Source: Dehalococcoidia bacterium
GTDB lineage: Bacteria; Chloroflexota; Dehalococcoidia; Bin125
Assembly: GCA_963663895.2 (NCBI GenBank)
Contig: CAXXRD010000005.1
Coordinates: 160,408-224,407, forward strand
Direction of reading: 5' to 3'
Length of the DNA: 64,000 nucleotides
The stretch's first letter is position 1, and each line of letters begins with the position of its first letter. Positions 38,066 to 48,849 of this stretch are shown one piece after another. Below the pieces are notes generated by a model. It ran no database searches and was not told where the DNA came from. It saw nothing but the letters and a program-made list of their open reading frames with translations. Both the position numbers and the translations under genes were made by a program.

Positions 38066-38935
38066 TTAGCCAGCGGCGACGCGGAGCGCGCGCGCGTCCC
38101 CACCCAAGTCCTGTAGAAGATCAAGCTTGGCGTCGGGCAGGAGCTGGCGTGCTGCGTCGCTGACCTGATCGGCGCAGTGTGGATCGATCTCCAGCACGGC
38201 TATCCCTCGGGGAGCCAGCCGGCGTGCGAGCTGCGTGAGTAGCCGTAGGATGAGATCGGCGCCGTTGCCACCGGGCGTGACGAGCGCTTGGCGCGGCTCG
38301 AAGTCGGCGATCTCGGGCGGGAGCTGCTCCAGTGCTTCCTCGGAGATATACGGGAGATTGGCGACGATGCAGTCGACCGGGCCGGCCAGGGCCGTGAGCA
38401 AGTCCGCCTGTAGCCAGAGTCGAGGGGTTTTGGGGATGAGACGGGCGCCGTTCGCGGCCGCGACGCGCAGCGCCGAGCGCGACTGATCGATGCCGACCAG
38501 CCGGACGCCGCGGCGATTCTTCGCGATGGCGATGCCGAGGGCGCCGGAACCGGTTCCCACGTCCACGACGAGCGCTTGACGCACCCGTTGTCCTTTGAGG
38601 GCATCCAAGGCTGTCTCGACCAGCAGCTCCGACTCCGGGCGGGGGATGAGGACGTCGGGTGTGACCTGTATGTCGAGACCATAGAACTCGCGGTGCCCAA
38701 TGATGTAGGCCAACGGCTCACGTCGTGCCCGCCGTGCCAGGGCTGCCTCGAATTCCAGCTGGGCTGCGGGATCGACGGTTTCGGTGAGGTTGGCGTAGAG
38801 ATCGGAGCGCGTGCGGCCGCTGGCGTGACGCAGGAGGACTTCCGCCTCGAAGCGGGCGTCGTCCACGCCTGCACGGTTCAGACGATCGGCGCCATCCATC
38901 CAGGCGTCCCGCAGCGTCGCTGGAAGCGGGCTCAT
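38066..38935 (-). CDS. prmC: Release-factor glutamine methyltransferase
   Basis: Motifs [13 protein letters not shown] and NLPYI. The ATG overlaps the prfA stop. Confidence 0.88.
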   Translation of the reverse strand: MSPLPATLRDAWMDGADRLNRAGVDDARFEAEVLLRHASGRTRSDLYANLTETVDPAAQLEFEAALARRARREPLAYIIGHREFYGLDIQVTPDVLIPRPESELLVETALDALKGQRVRQALVVDVGTGSGALGIAIAKNRRGVRLVGIDQSRSALRVAAANGARLIPKTPRLWLQADLLTALAGPVDCIVANLPYISEEALEQLPPEIADFEPRQALVTPGGNGADLILRLLTQLARRLAPRGIAVLEIDPHCADQVSDAARQLLPDAKLDLLQDLGGDARALRVAAG

Positions 38936-40002
38936 GCGACCTGTTGCTGGAGTTGCTTGGCTTCCGCCGCGGCGGCGACAGCGGCAAGGAGATCGCCCAG
39001 CTCGCCGTCCAGCGCCGCTGTGAGGTTGTGCATGGTGATGCCGGCGCGATGGTCGGAGATACGGTTCTCCGGGAAGTTGTAGGTTCGGATCTTTTCCGAG
39101 CGCTCTCCCGTTCCAACCTGGGCGCGCCGGCTCTCCGAGCGCTCGTCCTGCAGGCGCTGCCGCTCGCGCTCGTAGAGGCGAGCCCGAAGGATGCTCATCG
39201 CTTGCATGCGATTCTTGAGCTGCGAGCGCTCGCCGGTGCAGGTCACGACGATGCCGGTCGGCTCGTGGGTGAGACGCACGCCGGTTTCCACCTTGTTGAC
39301 GTTTTGCCCGCCGGCCCCGCCGGAGTGGAAGCGGTCCATCCGGATATCCGCTTCGTTGAGTTCGATATCGATATCCTGCGCTTTCGGCAGCACCGCCACC
39401 GTTGCCGTTGACGTGTGGATGCGCCCCTGCGCCTCCGTCTGCGGGACGCGCTGCACGCGGTGGACTCCGCTCTCGTACTTGAACCGCGAAAACGCCCCCG
39501 TCCCTTGCACTTCGAAGATGATCTCTTTGAAGCCGCCTGCGGCGTTCTCGCTGGCAGCCAGCACGTCGGTACGCCAGCCGTTGCTTTCGGCGTGGCGCGT
39601 ATAGGCGCGGAAGAGGTCGGCGGCCCATAACCCTGCCTCGTCGCCGCCCGTCCCGGCGCGAATCTCAATGATGACGTCTCGCTCGTCGTTGACGTCCTTG
39701 GGGAGGAGCGCCTTCTTGGCGCGTGCAGTCAGATCTTCGAGGCGCTCGCTCAGCGCGGCGATCTCTTGATGGGCCATCTCTTGAAGCGCGGCGTCCTGCT
39801 CGTTTTCGAGCAGCTCGCGCGCCTGCCGCAGGTTATCTTCGAGTTGCGTGTGCTCGCCGGCGATGGCGACCAGCTCCTCCAGCTCTGCACGCTTCTTCGC
39901 GAGCGCCTGTAGGCGTGCGGCATCCGTCGCGACCGCCGGCGCGGCCATCTCCGCTTCGAGTGCGTCGAAGCGACGGCGTGTCGCGTGAACGTGATCCCAC
40001 AT
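38932..40002 (-). CDS. prfA: Peptide chain release factor 1
   Basis: Motifs [17 protein letters not shown] (GGQ) and a PxT region. Start trimmed to ATG 40002. Confidence 0.92.
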   Translation of the reverse strand: MWDHVHATRRRFDALEAEMAAPAVATDAARLQALAKKRAELEELVAIAGEHTQLEDNLRQARELLENEQDAALQEMAHQEIAALSERLEDLTARAKKALLPKDVNDERDVIIEIRAGTGGDEAGLWAADLFRAYTRHAESNGWRTDVLAASENAAGGFKEIIFEVQGTGAFSRFKYESGVHRVQRVPQTEAQGRIHTSTATVAVLPKAQDIDIELNEADIRMDRFHSGGAGGQNVNKVETGVRLTHEPTGIVVTCTGERSQLKNRMQAMSILRARLYERERQRLQDERSESRRAQVGTGERSEKIRTYNFPENRISDHRAGITMHNLTAALDGELGDLLAAVAAAAEAKQLQQQVA

Positions 40003-40024
40003 ACCGGTGTTTTCCGCAGATGCG

Positions 40025-41329
40025 TCAGCCACCTGCTCGCTCTTCAGTATAAAGACCGGCGGCGGCAAGCTCGGCGACGACCCGATCGATCGCAACTTCG
40101 CGCTGCTGGCTATCGGCCAGATCACGGATGGTGGCTTGGCCCTGCTGGAGTTCACGCTCCCCGATGATCACCGCCATGCGCGCGCCTGTTCGCCCCGCGT
40201 GCCGCAGTTGCGCTTTCAACGAGCGATCGCCGAAGACGAGGTGTGCGCCGATCCCTTCGCGTCGCAAGGCGGATGCAATCCGCGCCGCCGCTCTGCGCGC
40301 CGCTGCTCCGAGGTGGACCAGGACGACCGGGGGCGCGGGCGGCGATACGGCCCCGAGCCCTTGCGCGTCGAGCGTCAATGCGAAACGCTCGATCCCCATT
40401 CCAAAGCCGATCCCTGGGGTGTGCGGCCCGCCGAGCTCCTCGATCAAGCCGTCGTAGCGCCCGCCGGCGATCAGCGTCACCTGCGAGCCGCTGGTGGGCG
40501 GTTCGATCTCGAAGACGGTGTGCGTGTAATAGTCCAGGCCGCGCACGAGTGTTGGACGTTCCTTGAAGGGGATGCCGATCGCCTCCAGCGAGAGCTTGAG
40601 TTCGTCGTAATAGGCTCTCGACTCGGGACGCAAGTGCTCGCTCATCCGAGGTGCGCCGGTGCGGAAGGGCCGGCAACGATCTTGCTTGCAATCGAGTAGC
40701 CGCAGGGGAGCTCGCTCGAAGCGGTCGCGACAGTCATCGCAGAGGTGGTCCTGGTGGGGCCGGAAATGATCGCGCAGCAGCGGAACGTAGCGCTGGCGGT
40801 CCTGCGCGTCTCCGATGCTGTTGATGGAGAGCGTCAGCTGCTTGATGCCGAGCGCCTCGGGGATTCGCCAGCCTAGTTCGATGACCTCCGCATCAAGGGC
40901 GGCGTCCCGGATGCCGATCGCCTCGATCCCGAACTGCGTATGTTGACGGAAGCGCCCGGCCTGCGGGCGTTCGTAGCGAAAGATGGGCAGGTGGTAGTGG
41001 AGCTTGACCGGTTGGAGCTGGTTAGCCATCCCGTGCTCGAGATAGGCGCGGCAGGCTGAGGCCGTGCCCTCGGGACGCAATGCGAGCCGGTCGCCACTGC
41101 GGTCTTCGAAGAGGTACATCTCTTTCTCGACGATGTCCGTCCCCGCGCCCACGCCGCGGATGAAGAGATCGGCTTGCTCGAAGGTCGGGGGCTCGAAGCC
41201 GCGGTAGCCGGCCAGTTCCGCCAGCTGTTGCGCCGTGGCGACGATGTGTCGGCGAGTGGGCTGGTCGCTGGGGAGAATGTCGTGGGTGCCGCGGGGGGCG
41301 CGCAACACGGTGCCACTCCTCATGATCAT
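40025..41329 (-). CDS. hisS: Histidine--tRNA ligase
   Basis: Motifs [34 protein letters not shown] and GGRYDGL. Start is ATG 41329 or 41323. Confidence 0.9.
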   Translation of the reverse strand: MIMRSGTVLRAPRGTHDILPSDQPTRRHIVATAQQLAELAGYRGFEPPTFEQADLFIRGVGAGTDIVEKEMYLFEDRSGDRLALRPEGTASACRAYLEHGMANQLQPVKLHYHLPIFRYERPQAGRFRQHTQFGIEAIGIRDAALDAEVIELGWRIPEALGIKQLTLSINSIGDAQDRQRYVPLLRDHFRPHQDHLCDDCRDRFERAPLRLLDCKQDRCRPFRTGAPRMSEHLRPESRAYYDELKLSLEAIGIPFKERPTLVRGLDYYTHTVFEIEPPTSGSQVTLIAGGRYDGLIEELGGPHTPGIGFGMGIERFALTLDAQGLGAVSPPAPPVVLVHLGAAARRAAARIASALRREGIGAHLVFGDRSLKAQLRHAGRTGARMAVIIGERELQQGQATIRDLADSQQREVAIDRVVAELAAAGLYTEERAGG

Positions 41330-41416
41330 CCACGGGGATGCTGCGTGGTTGACCGCTGTGCACCGAACATCGTACGGGCGGTCTCTGCCCTGCGGAAGCA
41401 CGCGCTAGACTGAAGC

Positions 41417-43627
41417 ATGGTCGCGGAGGCGGAACGGCAGCGGGCGGAGCCGATCCGGCCGACCTATGAAGATCTCCACCAGCGTGTGGAGCGTTACCTG
41501 GATGAGGCGCAGATTGCGGAGGTCCGGCGCGCGTACGCGTTCGCCGAGGCGGCGCACCAAGGCCAGTCGCGGCTGACCGGCGATCCGTACATCGTCCATC
41601 CGCTGGCGGCGGCGGTTTCCTGCGCGGAGCTCAAACTAGACGTGGCGACGCTTAAGGCGGCGCTGCTGCACGATGTTGAAGAGGACTGTGGCGTCAGCCA
41701 CGGCGAACTCGCCGCGGCGTTTGGAGAGGAAACCGCCCGCCTTGTGGACGGCGTGACCAAGCTGGGCACGATTCCCTGGGGTGATCGGAGCGAGGCGCCC
41801 GGTGCCGAAGCAGTGCAGGCCGAGAACCTGCGCAAGATGTTCATTGCGATGGCGGAGGATGTTCGCGTCGTCATCGTGAAGCTGGCTGACCGCCTCCACA
41901 ACATGCGCACGCTGGAACCGCTACCAGCCGAGAAGCGTGTAGCGGTCGCCCAAGAGACGATGGAGATCTACGCGCCGCTGGCGTCGCGGCTTGGGATTTG
42001 GCAGCTCAAATGGGAGCTGGAAGATCTCGCCTTCCGCTATCTCGACCCCGAGCAGTACCGGCATATCGCCAGGCTGGTGGCGAACCGCCGGGCGACGCGC
42101 GAGCGCTACGTTGAGCAACTCCGTCGCAAGCTGCAAGAGGCGCTTTCGGCGGAAGGCCTGGCGGCGGACGTGAAGGGGCGTGTCAAGAACATCTACTCGA
42201 TCCACCAGAAGATCCGGAAATACGCGAAGCAAGGACGTTCCTTCAGCGAGATCTACGACCTGCTCGCGCTGCGGGTCCTCGTGCAGCGCAAGGAGGATTG
42301 CTACAACGCGCTCGGCAGCGTGCACGCCCTCTGGCGCCCGATCGCGGGCGAATTCGACGACTACATCGGGAACCCCAAGCCCAACGGGTACCAGTCGCTA
42401 CACACGACGGTGTACTGGCAGGGAATCCGCCCGCTGGAGGTCCAAATCCGGACCCGGGAGATGGATCGTGAGGCCGAGTACGGCGTCGCGGCGCACTGGA
42501 GCTACAAGGAAGGGGATGTGGGGCGCCGTCCCGACGAAGAGCGCATCGCCTGGCTGCGCCGGTTGGTCGATTGGCAGCGCGACCTGTCGGGCGCCGCTGA
42601 GTTCGTCGAAACGATCAAGGCGGATATCTTCCAAGACCAGGTCTACGTCTTCACGCCCAAGGGCGAAGTGAAAGACCTACCCGCAGGCGCGACGCCGCTG
42701 GATTTTGCCTTCCTCATCCACACGGAGGTCGGATATTCGTGTGTGGGCGCGAAGGTGAATGGGCGCCTTGTGCAGCTCTCCACGCCGCTGCAGAACGGGG
42801 ATGTCGTCGAGATCCTCACCAGTCGCACGTCGCGCGGGCCTTCCCGCGACTGGCTCAATCCGACTCTGGGGTACCTCAAGACGCAGCACGCGCGGGTCCG
42901 GGTCCGGCAGGCGTTCCGGCGACAAGAGCGCGAAGAGAACATCGCGCGTGGCCGCGAGCAGATGGAGCGTGAGCTGCGGCGCCTCAATCTCAGGCTAGGA
43001 GAGATCGAAGCGGATCTCTTGCGGATCACGGCACACGACACGTTGGATGACCTCTGCCAGGCGATCGGGCGCGGCGATCTCTCGGCGCACCAAGTGGCGC
43101 TCAAGCTGGCTACCCACGCCCTGGCCGACGAGATCCCTTCTGGGTCGGTACCGCTGGCGCAGTCGACACGGGCCCGGGACCGTGCCATGACGGGTGTGCA
43201 CGTCCTCGGCGCCCGCAACGTTCTCACCCGTCTCGCCAATTGCTGTGGCCCGGTCTCCGGGGACCCCATTGCAGGCTATATCACGCGTGGGCGGGGGGTG
43301 ACGGTGCATCGCAGCGACTGCCGTAGCATCGTGAACAGCGCCGAGCCGGAGCGCGTCGTCGAGGTACAGTGGGGGAGTGCGCCGGGCACGCACTACGCTT
43401 CCCAGATTCGAATCGTGGGCTGGGATCGCGTGGGGCTGGTCCGGGATGTTTCCACGATTCTGGCGGATGAAGATATCAATATGGTCGGGCTCCGCACCGA
43501 CGAATCGGGCGACGGGTTGGTCACGCTGCGGATGGCGGTGGAGGCCAGCGGGGTCGCGCAGTTGCAGCGCGTCATGACCAAGGTCGACGCGGTTCGCGGT
43601 GTCTTGAGCGTGGAGCGCGCACGCTAG
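41417..43627 (+). CDS. rel: Bifunctional (p)ppGpp synthetase/hydrolase Rel (HD-Synth-TGS-ACT)
   Basis: Motifs HPLAAA...LLHDVEED (HD), YIGNPKPNGYQSLHTTV (synthetase) and TPKGEVKDLPAGATPLDFAF (TGS). Confidence 0.92.
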   Translation: MVAEAERQRAEPIRPTYEDLHQRVERYLDEAQIAEVRRAYAFAEAAHQGQSRLTGDPYIVHPLAAAVSCAELKLDVATLKAALLHDVEEDCGVSHGELAAAFGEETARLVDGVTKLGTIPWGDRSEAPGAEAVQAENLRKMFIAMAEDVRVVIVKLADRLHNMRTLEPLPAEKRVAVAQETMEIYAPLASRLGIWQLKWELEDLAFRYLDPEQYRHIARLVANRRATRERYVEQLRRKLQEALSAEGLAADVKGRVKNIYSIHQKIRKYAKQGRSFSEIYDLLALRVLVQRKEDCYNALGSVHALWRPIAGEFDDYIGNPKPNGYQSLHTTVYWQGIRPLEVQIRTREMDREAEYGVAAHWSYKEGDVGRRPDEERIAWLRRLVDWQRDLSGAAEFVETIKADIFQDQVYVFTPKGEVKDLPAGATPLDFAFLIHTEVGYSCVGAKVNGRLVQLSTPLQNGDVVEILTSRTSRGPSRDWLNPTLGYLKTQHARVRVRQAFRRQEREENIARGREQMERELRRLNLRLGEIEADLLRITAHDTLDDLCQAIGRGDLSAHQVALKLATHALADEIPSGSVPLAQSTRARDRAMTGVHVLGARNVLTRLANCCGPVSGDPIAGYITRGRGVTVHRSDCRSIVNSAEPERVVEVQWGSAPGTHYASQIRIVGWDRVGLVRDVSTILADEDINMVGLRTDESGDGLVTLRMAVEASGVAQLQRVMTKVDAVRGVLSVERAR

Positions 43628-43667
43628 CCTTTTCCCTGGCATTCATTCCCCTGGCGCGCGGTACTCT

Positions 43668-45212
43668 ATGCGGGTGATGCTCGCGAGGGTCATGGGCTGC
43701 GCAGTGGTCGGGCTGGTCGGTGAGCCCGTCAGCGTGGAAGTGGATATCGCACCCACGGGTCTGCCCGCCTTTAACATTGTTGGTCTGCCTGACGCCGCAG
43801 TGTCGGAGGCGAAAGAGCGCGTGCGGGCGGCGATCCGCAACGCGGGCGCGACCTTTCCGCAGAAGCGAATCACTGTCAACCTCGCGCCGGCCGATCTGCG
43901 CAAGGAAGGGTCGGGCTACGACCTGCCCATCGCGGCGGGCATTCTCGTCGCCTCCGAGCAGATGCCAGCGGCCGTTTGCGACCAGACCGTTTTTCTCGGA
44001 GAGCTGGCTCTCGATGGAGAGGTACGGCACGTACCGGGTGCGCTGTCCGTCGCTGCCATGGCCCGCGACGGTGGGCTGCGGCGCCTCGTCGTCGGCGCCG
44101 TCGACGCGCCCGAGGCCGCGCTGATCCGGGAGATCGAGGTGCAGCCCCTCCCATCATTGCGACAGCTCATTGACGTGGCGCGTGGGTCCGCGGCCTTGGA
44201 GCTGTTCGATCGGGATGCTGCGGTGGTGGACGAGCCCGAGCCCGAGCCCGTCGTCGACTTCGGCGATGTGCGGGGCCAAGAACATGTGAAACGCGCACTG
44301 GAGGTCGCCGCGGCTGGCGGGCATAACGTTCTGATGGTCGGTCCTCCTGGGGCCGGCAAAACCCTCCTCGCCAAGGCGATGCGCGATGTCCTTCCGCGCC
44401 TCACGCTGGAGGAAGCACTGGAGGTGGCCAAGATCTACAGCGTCAACGGCTCGCTCCCGGAAGGGGGCGCCCTGCTGCGTCAGCGCCCCTTCCGAGCGCC
44501 GCATCACACGATCTCCAACGCAGGACTCGTGGGCGGAGGGCGCCAGCCTCGGCCGGGCGAGATCAGCCTGAGTAATCACGGGATGTTGTTTCTCGACGAG
44601 TTGCCCGAGTTTGGGGTCGCGGCGCTCGAGGCGCTGCGCCAGCCGCTGGAGGATCACCAGGTGACGATCGCGCGGGCTCACGGCGCGGTGACCTATCCGG
44701 CCCGCTTCATGCTGGTAGCGGCGATGAACCCCTGTCCTTGCGGCTACTACGGCGACGCGGTCCGCGCCTGTACCTGCTCGGAAGGCAGCGTGCAACGGTA
44801 CCAGCGCCGCATCTCCGGCCCGCTTCTTGACCGCATCGATATTTTCGTCGAGGTCCCGCGCCTGGACTATGAGAAGCTGGCGGGGACCACCGTGGGCGAA
44901 TCGTCGGCCGCCGTTCGCGAGCGGATCACCGCCGCTCAGGCGCGCCAGCGATCGCGCCTTGCGGCGGACGGTTCGGGCCTGAACGCGGGAATGTCGCCGC
45001 GGCAGGTGCGGGTGCATTGTCAGGAGCTGCTGGCGCCCGAGGCGGCGTCGATCCTGCGCATGGCGATGGCGCAGCTTTCCTTGTCGGCCCGGGCCTTCCA
45101 CCGGGTGCTGAAGGTCGCTCGCAGCATTGCCGACCTCGGCGGCGCCGAGGAGATCGGCCCGGAGCAGATGGCCGAGGCGCTGGTCTATCGTCAGCGGGGC
45201 GCGGATCGCTAG
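43668..45212 (+). CDS. comM: Mg-chelatase-like ATPase YifB/ComM
   Basis: Motifs ADLRKEGSGYDLPIA, GPPGAGKT, GMLFLDELPEF and CPCGYYGD. Confidence 0.9.
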   Translation: MRVMLARVMGCAVVGLVGEPVSVEVDIAPTGLPAFNIVGLPDAAVSEAKERVRAAIRNAGATFPQKRITVNLAPADLRKEGSGYDLPIAAGILVASEQMPAAVCDQTVFLGELALDGEVRHVPGALSVAAMARDGGLRRLVVGAVDAPEAALIREIEVQPLPSLRQLIDVARGSAALELFDRDAAVVDEPEPEPVVDFGDVRGQEHVKRALEVAAAGGHNVLMVGPPGAGKTLLAKAMRDVLPRLTLEEALEVAKIYSVNGSLPEGGALLRQRPFRAPHHTISNAGLVGGGRQPRPGEISLSNHGMLFLDELPEFGVAALEALRQPLEDHQVTIARAHGAVTYPARFMLVAAMNPCPCGYYGDAVRACTCSEGSVQRYQRRISGPLLDRIDIFVEVPRLDYEKLAGTTVGESSAAVRERITAAQARQRSRLAADGSGLNAGMSPRQVRVHCQELLAPEAASILRMAMAQLSLSARAFHRVLKVARSIADLGGAEEIGPEQMAEALVYRQRGADR

Positions 45213-45235
45213 GACGTCTGGAGGCGAAGCGCCCG

Positions 45236-45679
45236 ATGAACCGCTTGGATCACGCACATCTCTTCTCATCCGACATCGAGAAGACGGTCGAATTCTTCAC
45301 GACCATGTTCGGGGGCACCATCGTCTACGACACCGAGCTCGTGGGCCAGCGCAACGTGCGGGTGGATATCGGTGGCGGCGCCGTACATGTCTATGAGCAG
45401 CCGCCGCGCGGCGCGGGGCGGCCTTTGATTCACCACCTCGGGATCCGCACGGACGACCTAGACGCGCTGGTCGCGCATATGCGGGCGCAGGGGGCTGCTT
45501 TCCCGAGAGGAATCCGTGAGGCTCCCGCTTTCCGTTACACGATGTGCGAAGCGCCCGATGGTTTGCTCTTGGAGCTCTACCAGGTCAAGCCCGGTGGGGA
45601 GTGGATGGTGGGCGCGGGGGAGCCGCCCCCGCAAGACCCAGCAGCGGCCCCATCTCGACAGATCGGTGCGGTGGGATAA
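45236..45679 (+). CDS. VOC/glyoxalase-family protein
   Basis: MNRLDHAHLFSSDIEKTVEFF...HHLGIRTDDLD. Start trimmed to ATG 45236. Confidence 0.7.
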   Translation: MNRLDHAHLFSSDIEKTVEFFTTMFGGTIVYDTELVGQRNVRVDIGGGAVHVYEQPPRGAGRPLIHHLGIRTDDLDALVAHMRAQGAAFPRGIREAPAFRYTMCEAPDGLLLELYQVKPGGEWMVGAGEPPPQDPAAAPSRQIGAVG

Positions 45680-45694
45680 GATCGGGGGAAGCGT

Positions 45695-45770
45695 GCCCCC
45701 GTAGCTCAGCCGGATAGAGCGTCGGCCTCCGGAGCCGGAAGCGCAGGTTCGAGTCCTGCCGGGGGTACCA
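45695..45770 (+). tRNA. tRNA-Arg (anticodon CCG), CCA encoded
   Basis: Hand-folded cloverleaf:
- acceptor GCCCCCG/CGGGGGT
- D arm GCTC-AGCCGGATA-GAGC
- anticodon arm TCGGC-CTCCGGA-GCCGG (U33, CCG, G37)
- T arm GCAGG-TTCGAGT-CCTGC
- A73-CCA. Confidence 0.9.
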
Positions 45771-45804
45771 GACGAGACTGTACACGTTGCCGCAGCCCCC
45801 TGGC

Positions 45805-47409
45805 CTAGCACTTCCGAAGGACGATGACCTCGTTCTCGGTGATCGCGTTCTTTACATGCGCAAAGTTCTGTGTTGTCACAGTAATGGGAATCGACTTCTC
45901 CCAAGAAAAGCCAACCTGTTCCGCTATCCGAACGATGTGGGAGCAGGTCGTAATTTGGAACTGTCGCCCGTCACCAAGAACGGTCTTACTGTCACCCAGA
46001 ACCAGGCGGGCTTCCGCCCCAACTCTCATGGCTGCAGAAACATTTTCTAGAGAACGACGCATTCCTGTAAAGTACCGGTATAATAACGCCGCAGTGTTCC
46101 GTTTCCTGAACCCAACCTCAAATTTCTCATTAGTCTCCATAATTTCACGAATATCTCCTCCCACCTCCGAAGGTAGCCTCGCCAAGCCTCCTTCAAGCAT
46201 CTCCTGCTCAATGCTCCTACGCCACCTTTCTGGAATCTCTCTACTTCCAATAATCTCCTTTTCCAACCTAGATCTGTCTTTGTGCGACATCAATCCAAGT
46301 ACGGTAAATGACAAGCGTTCCGTGTCCACATAGGGAAGAGCGGTCGCGTAGGGTGGACTGCTGACGACAGCATCTACCGGATGCTGGGCCAAGACAGGAT
46401 GCAGCCCTGGCGCTAGGGTCCTTGTATCCTCCTCCTGGACATCAACGTTGGGCTCTTTCCACGGGTAATGTCTCGTGAGGTCCTGCCCCGCTCTGATTTT
46501 TTTCATCTCACTTATCGCCTTGTTCACTGTCATAGTGAACAGAGGAGCGTCCCGGATAGGTTCCGGCCTTCGTCGCATCCGCAGATCCCGTGGGTCTTGC
46601 TGAGAGCACGACCGTAGCTGGTCGGACAAGCAGACCTTCAAAAAGTCCTGAATGCCGGGCTCTGCGATGCTGTCTATCGCCTGCAGCGTAATCGCAAGCT
46701 TGTGGCGGACGGACCCGGGAAACCAGCCTCGCAGTTCTGCTTCCGCCCCCGGCACACCACACAGCGCAGCGAGCCGGCTCGCTTCGTAGTCGGAACGCCC
46801 TGGTGGCTCCTTTTCTCCAAGGCCGCCCCATGCAATGCCCTCTGCCTTCGCCAAGCGGATCAGGTCGTCCTCAAATCTCTCGATAGCCACAGCAATTGAG
46901 TGAGCGGGGGTTCGAAGCATTCGCACCTTCGTCCTGGCAATGAGAACGGCAAGCGGGTTGACATCGAAACCAAGGGCGTCGACTCCAAGCAGCCAGGCCT
47001 CGACTAGCGAAGTCCCACTACCAGCGAACGGGTCGACCACGAGATCGCCCGGCGACACCTTCGCATGATTGAGAAGGGCCCGGGCAAGCTGCGGGTAGAA
47101 CTTTCCCTTAAACCGGTGGAGACCATGTGTGAGGTAGTTCGACTCTTTCCGGCCACTGTGACGACCTTGCAGTGCCAGTGTGGCCTGCTCAAGGAGAGAG
47201 ACGTCAGTGGTGACTTCAACGCCGTGTCCGGAAACCCTCGACGAAAAGGCAATGCGACGCAGCACTTCGGGTGAGATTCTCAGTGGCGTAGCAACCGTAC
47301 TCCCGGAAAGAGGCGTGCCGTTAGCGAGAGCAACAAGTTCGTGCTGGGCAAGCGTCTCCTCGTAGGGAAACGGCTGGTAGCCAGGCTTCGCGATCTTGTA
47401 CTCAAACAC
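45805..47409 (-). CDS. DNA methyltransferase (N4-C/N6-A SPPY type), M2 of the island
   Basis: Motif I DPFAGSGTSLVEA, then ~230 aa later motif IV VVSSPPYATALPY. Paralogous architecture to 47413-48801. Confidence 0.8.
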   Translation of the reverse strand: MFEYKIAKPGYQPFPYEETLAQHELVALANGTPLSGSTVATPLRISPEVLRRIAFSSRVSGHGVEVTTDVSLLEQATLALQGRHSGRKESNYLTHGLHRFKGKFYPQLARALLNHAKVSPGDLVVDPFAGSGTSLVEAWLLGVDALGFDVNPLAVLIARTKVRMLRTPAHSIAVAIERFEDDLIRLAKAEGIAWGGLGEKEPPGRSDYEASRLAALCGVPGAEAELRGWFPGSVRHKLAITLQAIDSIAEPGIQDFLKVCLSDQLRSCSQQDPRDLRMRRRPEPIRDAPLFTMTVNKAISEMKKIRAGQDLTRHYPWKEPNVDVQEEDTRTLAPGLHPVLAQHPVDAVVSSPPYATALPYVDTERLSFTVLGLMSHKDRSRLEKEIIGSREIPERWRRSIEQEMLEGGLARLPSEVGGDIREIMETNEKFEVGFRKRNTAALLYRYFTGMRRSLENVSAAMRVGAEARLVLGDSKTVLGDGRQFQITTCSHIVRIAEQVGFSWEKSIPITVTTQNFAHVKNAITENEVIVLRKC

Positions 47410-47412
47410 CAG

Positions 47413-48801
47413 CTATTCCTTTACCAACAGCAAGATGTGCTCCTTGCGGGCCCGGCGTGCGGCGTGGATCATTGAACGTTTCCTTGGGTGAATTACCCGG
47501 CCGACGCATGCGATGGTGCGGAGACCAAGCCGCCGGGAGACTCCAGAGAGCACTACAGCGTTGTTCACGAGCCTGCCACCAAACACGGAGTCCCCAACTA
47601 CGAAGGCAATCGGCCGTCTAGGCTGCAGGCAGGTCATGACTGAGGCGAGACACTCCCTGAGGTCGTCCTGGTAGATGCTGATGGCGTTCGCCTGACCTTG
47701 GTGGTTTAGGTGAGAGCCAATCTCCGCCTCGCGAACCTGCTTTGGGTCGAATCCGAGCCAATAGAGGCGGTGGCGGTGGTACAAGTGGTAGTCGAAAGCG
47801 TTGGCATAGGGTGGGGAGGTGATGACTGCGTCCACGAGCCCGATTTCACTGGCGTCAAGTTGACGAGCATCCCCGACAAGGGCTGTGGCCGCCGAGGATG
47901 AAGCGCCCCTTAGCCACCCGCGGTGCATCCGCACGGTATGCATCAGCTTTTCCCGAAAGCGGCGGAGGACATCGCCAACTTCGACGGTCTTCGCCCTCGC
48001 CGTGTAGCGCGTCTCGGAGTCCTGATTGGAAGCTTGGACGAGGATGGCTGAGAAGCATGCCCGCGCCACTGTAGCTGCGGACGGATGAGCCAGCTCGTCA
48101 ACCCTCGCTAGGATCATGCCCAGCTCATGCATCGCCTGGGGCGTGAACCAACGTTCTCGATTCGGGATCTGTGGAGGGGTAACTGGTGCGATGTCCGGTG
48201 TGACTGTTGCCATGAGGATTGGCTGGCCGGTGATGCGGGAGATATCCGCCTCAACAGCCTTGTCGAGCCCATCCAGGGCACTAAAGCCGGGACTATCCAG
48301 AACAAGGGTCTTGGCTAGCGATGCAAGAACCGCGACAGGGTTTGAATCGATCCCGATGCTGCTTCGGCCGAGAGCCCTTGCTTCGACCAAGGTAGTGCCC
48401 GATCCGCAGAAGGGGTCAAGGACCGTATCTCCTGGACTCGTGAGGACGTTGATCAGCCGGCGCGGGATTTGGGGGGGAAACTTGGCCGGATAGGGGTGGA
48501 GATTGTGGGTCCATTCGTCGGTCCGCTCGTCCTCGAACGCCCAGTCGGAATCATCGAGGATGCGCTTCCACTCGCGCTCAGAGTCATCCCTGGGTTCGTC
48601 AAGGGGAACTTCATCGTGATGCTCTTCAGCAGACTGCTGCGCGAGCCACGCCTCCAGAGCGGCGGGCTCATACCGAACATTCGAGCCTACCCTGACGAAA
48701 GGAATGTCCCCTCGAGTTCGGAGTCGCCAGAGCGTCGTCCGAGACACCCCCAGAATATCTTCGACCTCAGCCTCTGTGAGGAGATGATCTGGGTGAAACA
48801 T
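47413..48801 (-). CDS. DNA methyltransferase (SPPY type) with an N-terminal excisionase/MerR-type HTH, M1 of the island
   Basis: HTH LTEAEVEDILGVSRTTLWRLRTRGDIPFVRVG. Motif I DPFCGSGTTLVEA. Motif IV VITSPPYANAFDY. Confidence 0.8.
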   Translation of the reverse strand: MFHPDHLLTEAEVEDILGVSRTTLWRLRTRGDIPFVRVGSNVRYEPAALEAWLAQQSAEEHHDEVPLDEPRDDSEREWKRILDDSDWAFEDERTDEWTHNLHPYPAKFPPQIPRRLINVLTSPGDTVLDPFCGSGTTLVEARALGRSSIGIDSNPVAVLASLAKTLVLDSPGFSALDGLDKAVEADISRITGQPILMATVTPDIAPVTPPQIPNRERWFTPQAMHELGMILARVDELAHPSAATVARACFSAILVQASNQDSETRYTARAKTVEVGDVLRRFREKLMHTVRMHRGWLRGASSSAATALVGDARQLDASEIGLVDAVITSPPYANAFDYHLYHRHRLYWLGFDPKQVREAEIGSHLNHQGQANAISIYQDDLRECLASVMTCLQPRRPIAFVVGDSVFGGRLVNNAVVLSGVSRRLGLRTIACVGRVIHPRKRSMIHAARRARKEHILLLVKE

Positions 48802-48849
48802 GGGGAAACGATAGTCGCAGTGTGAGGAACCGTCAAGACGAGTCCGTGT

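Noticed and set aside
44154-45269. 371-aa minus-strand ORF
   Set aside because: It is antisense to comM/yifB and is a shadow ORF.
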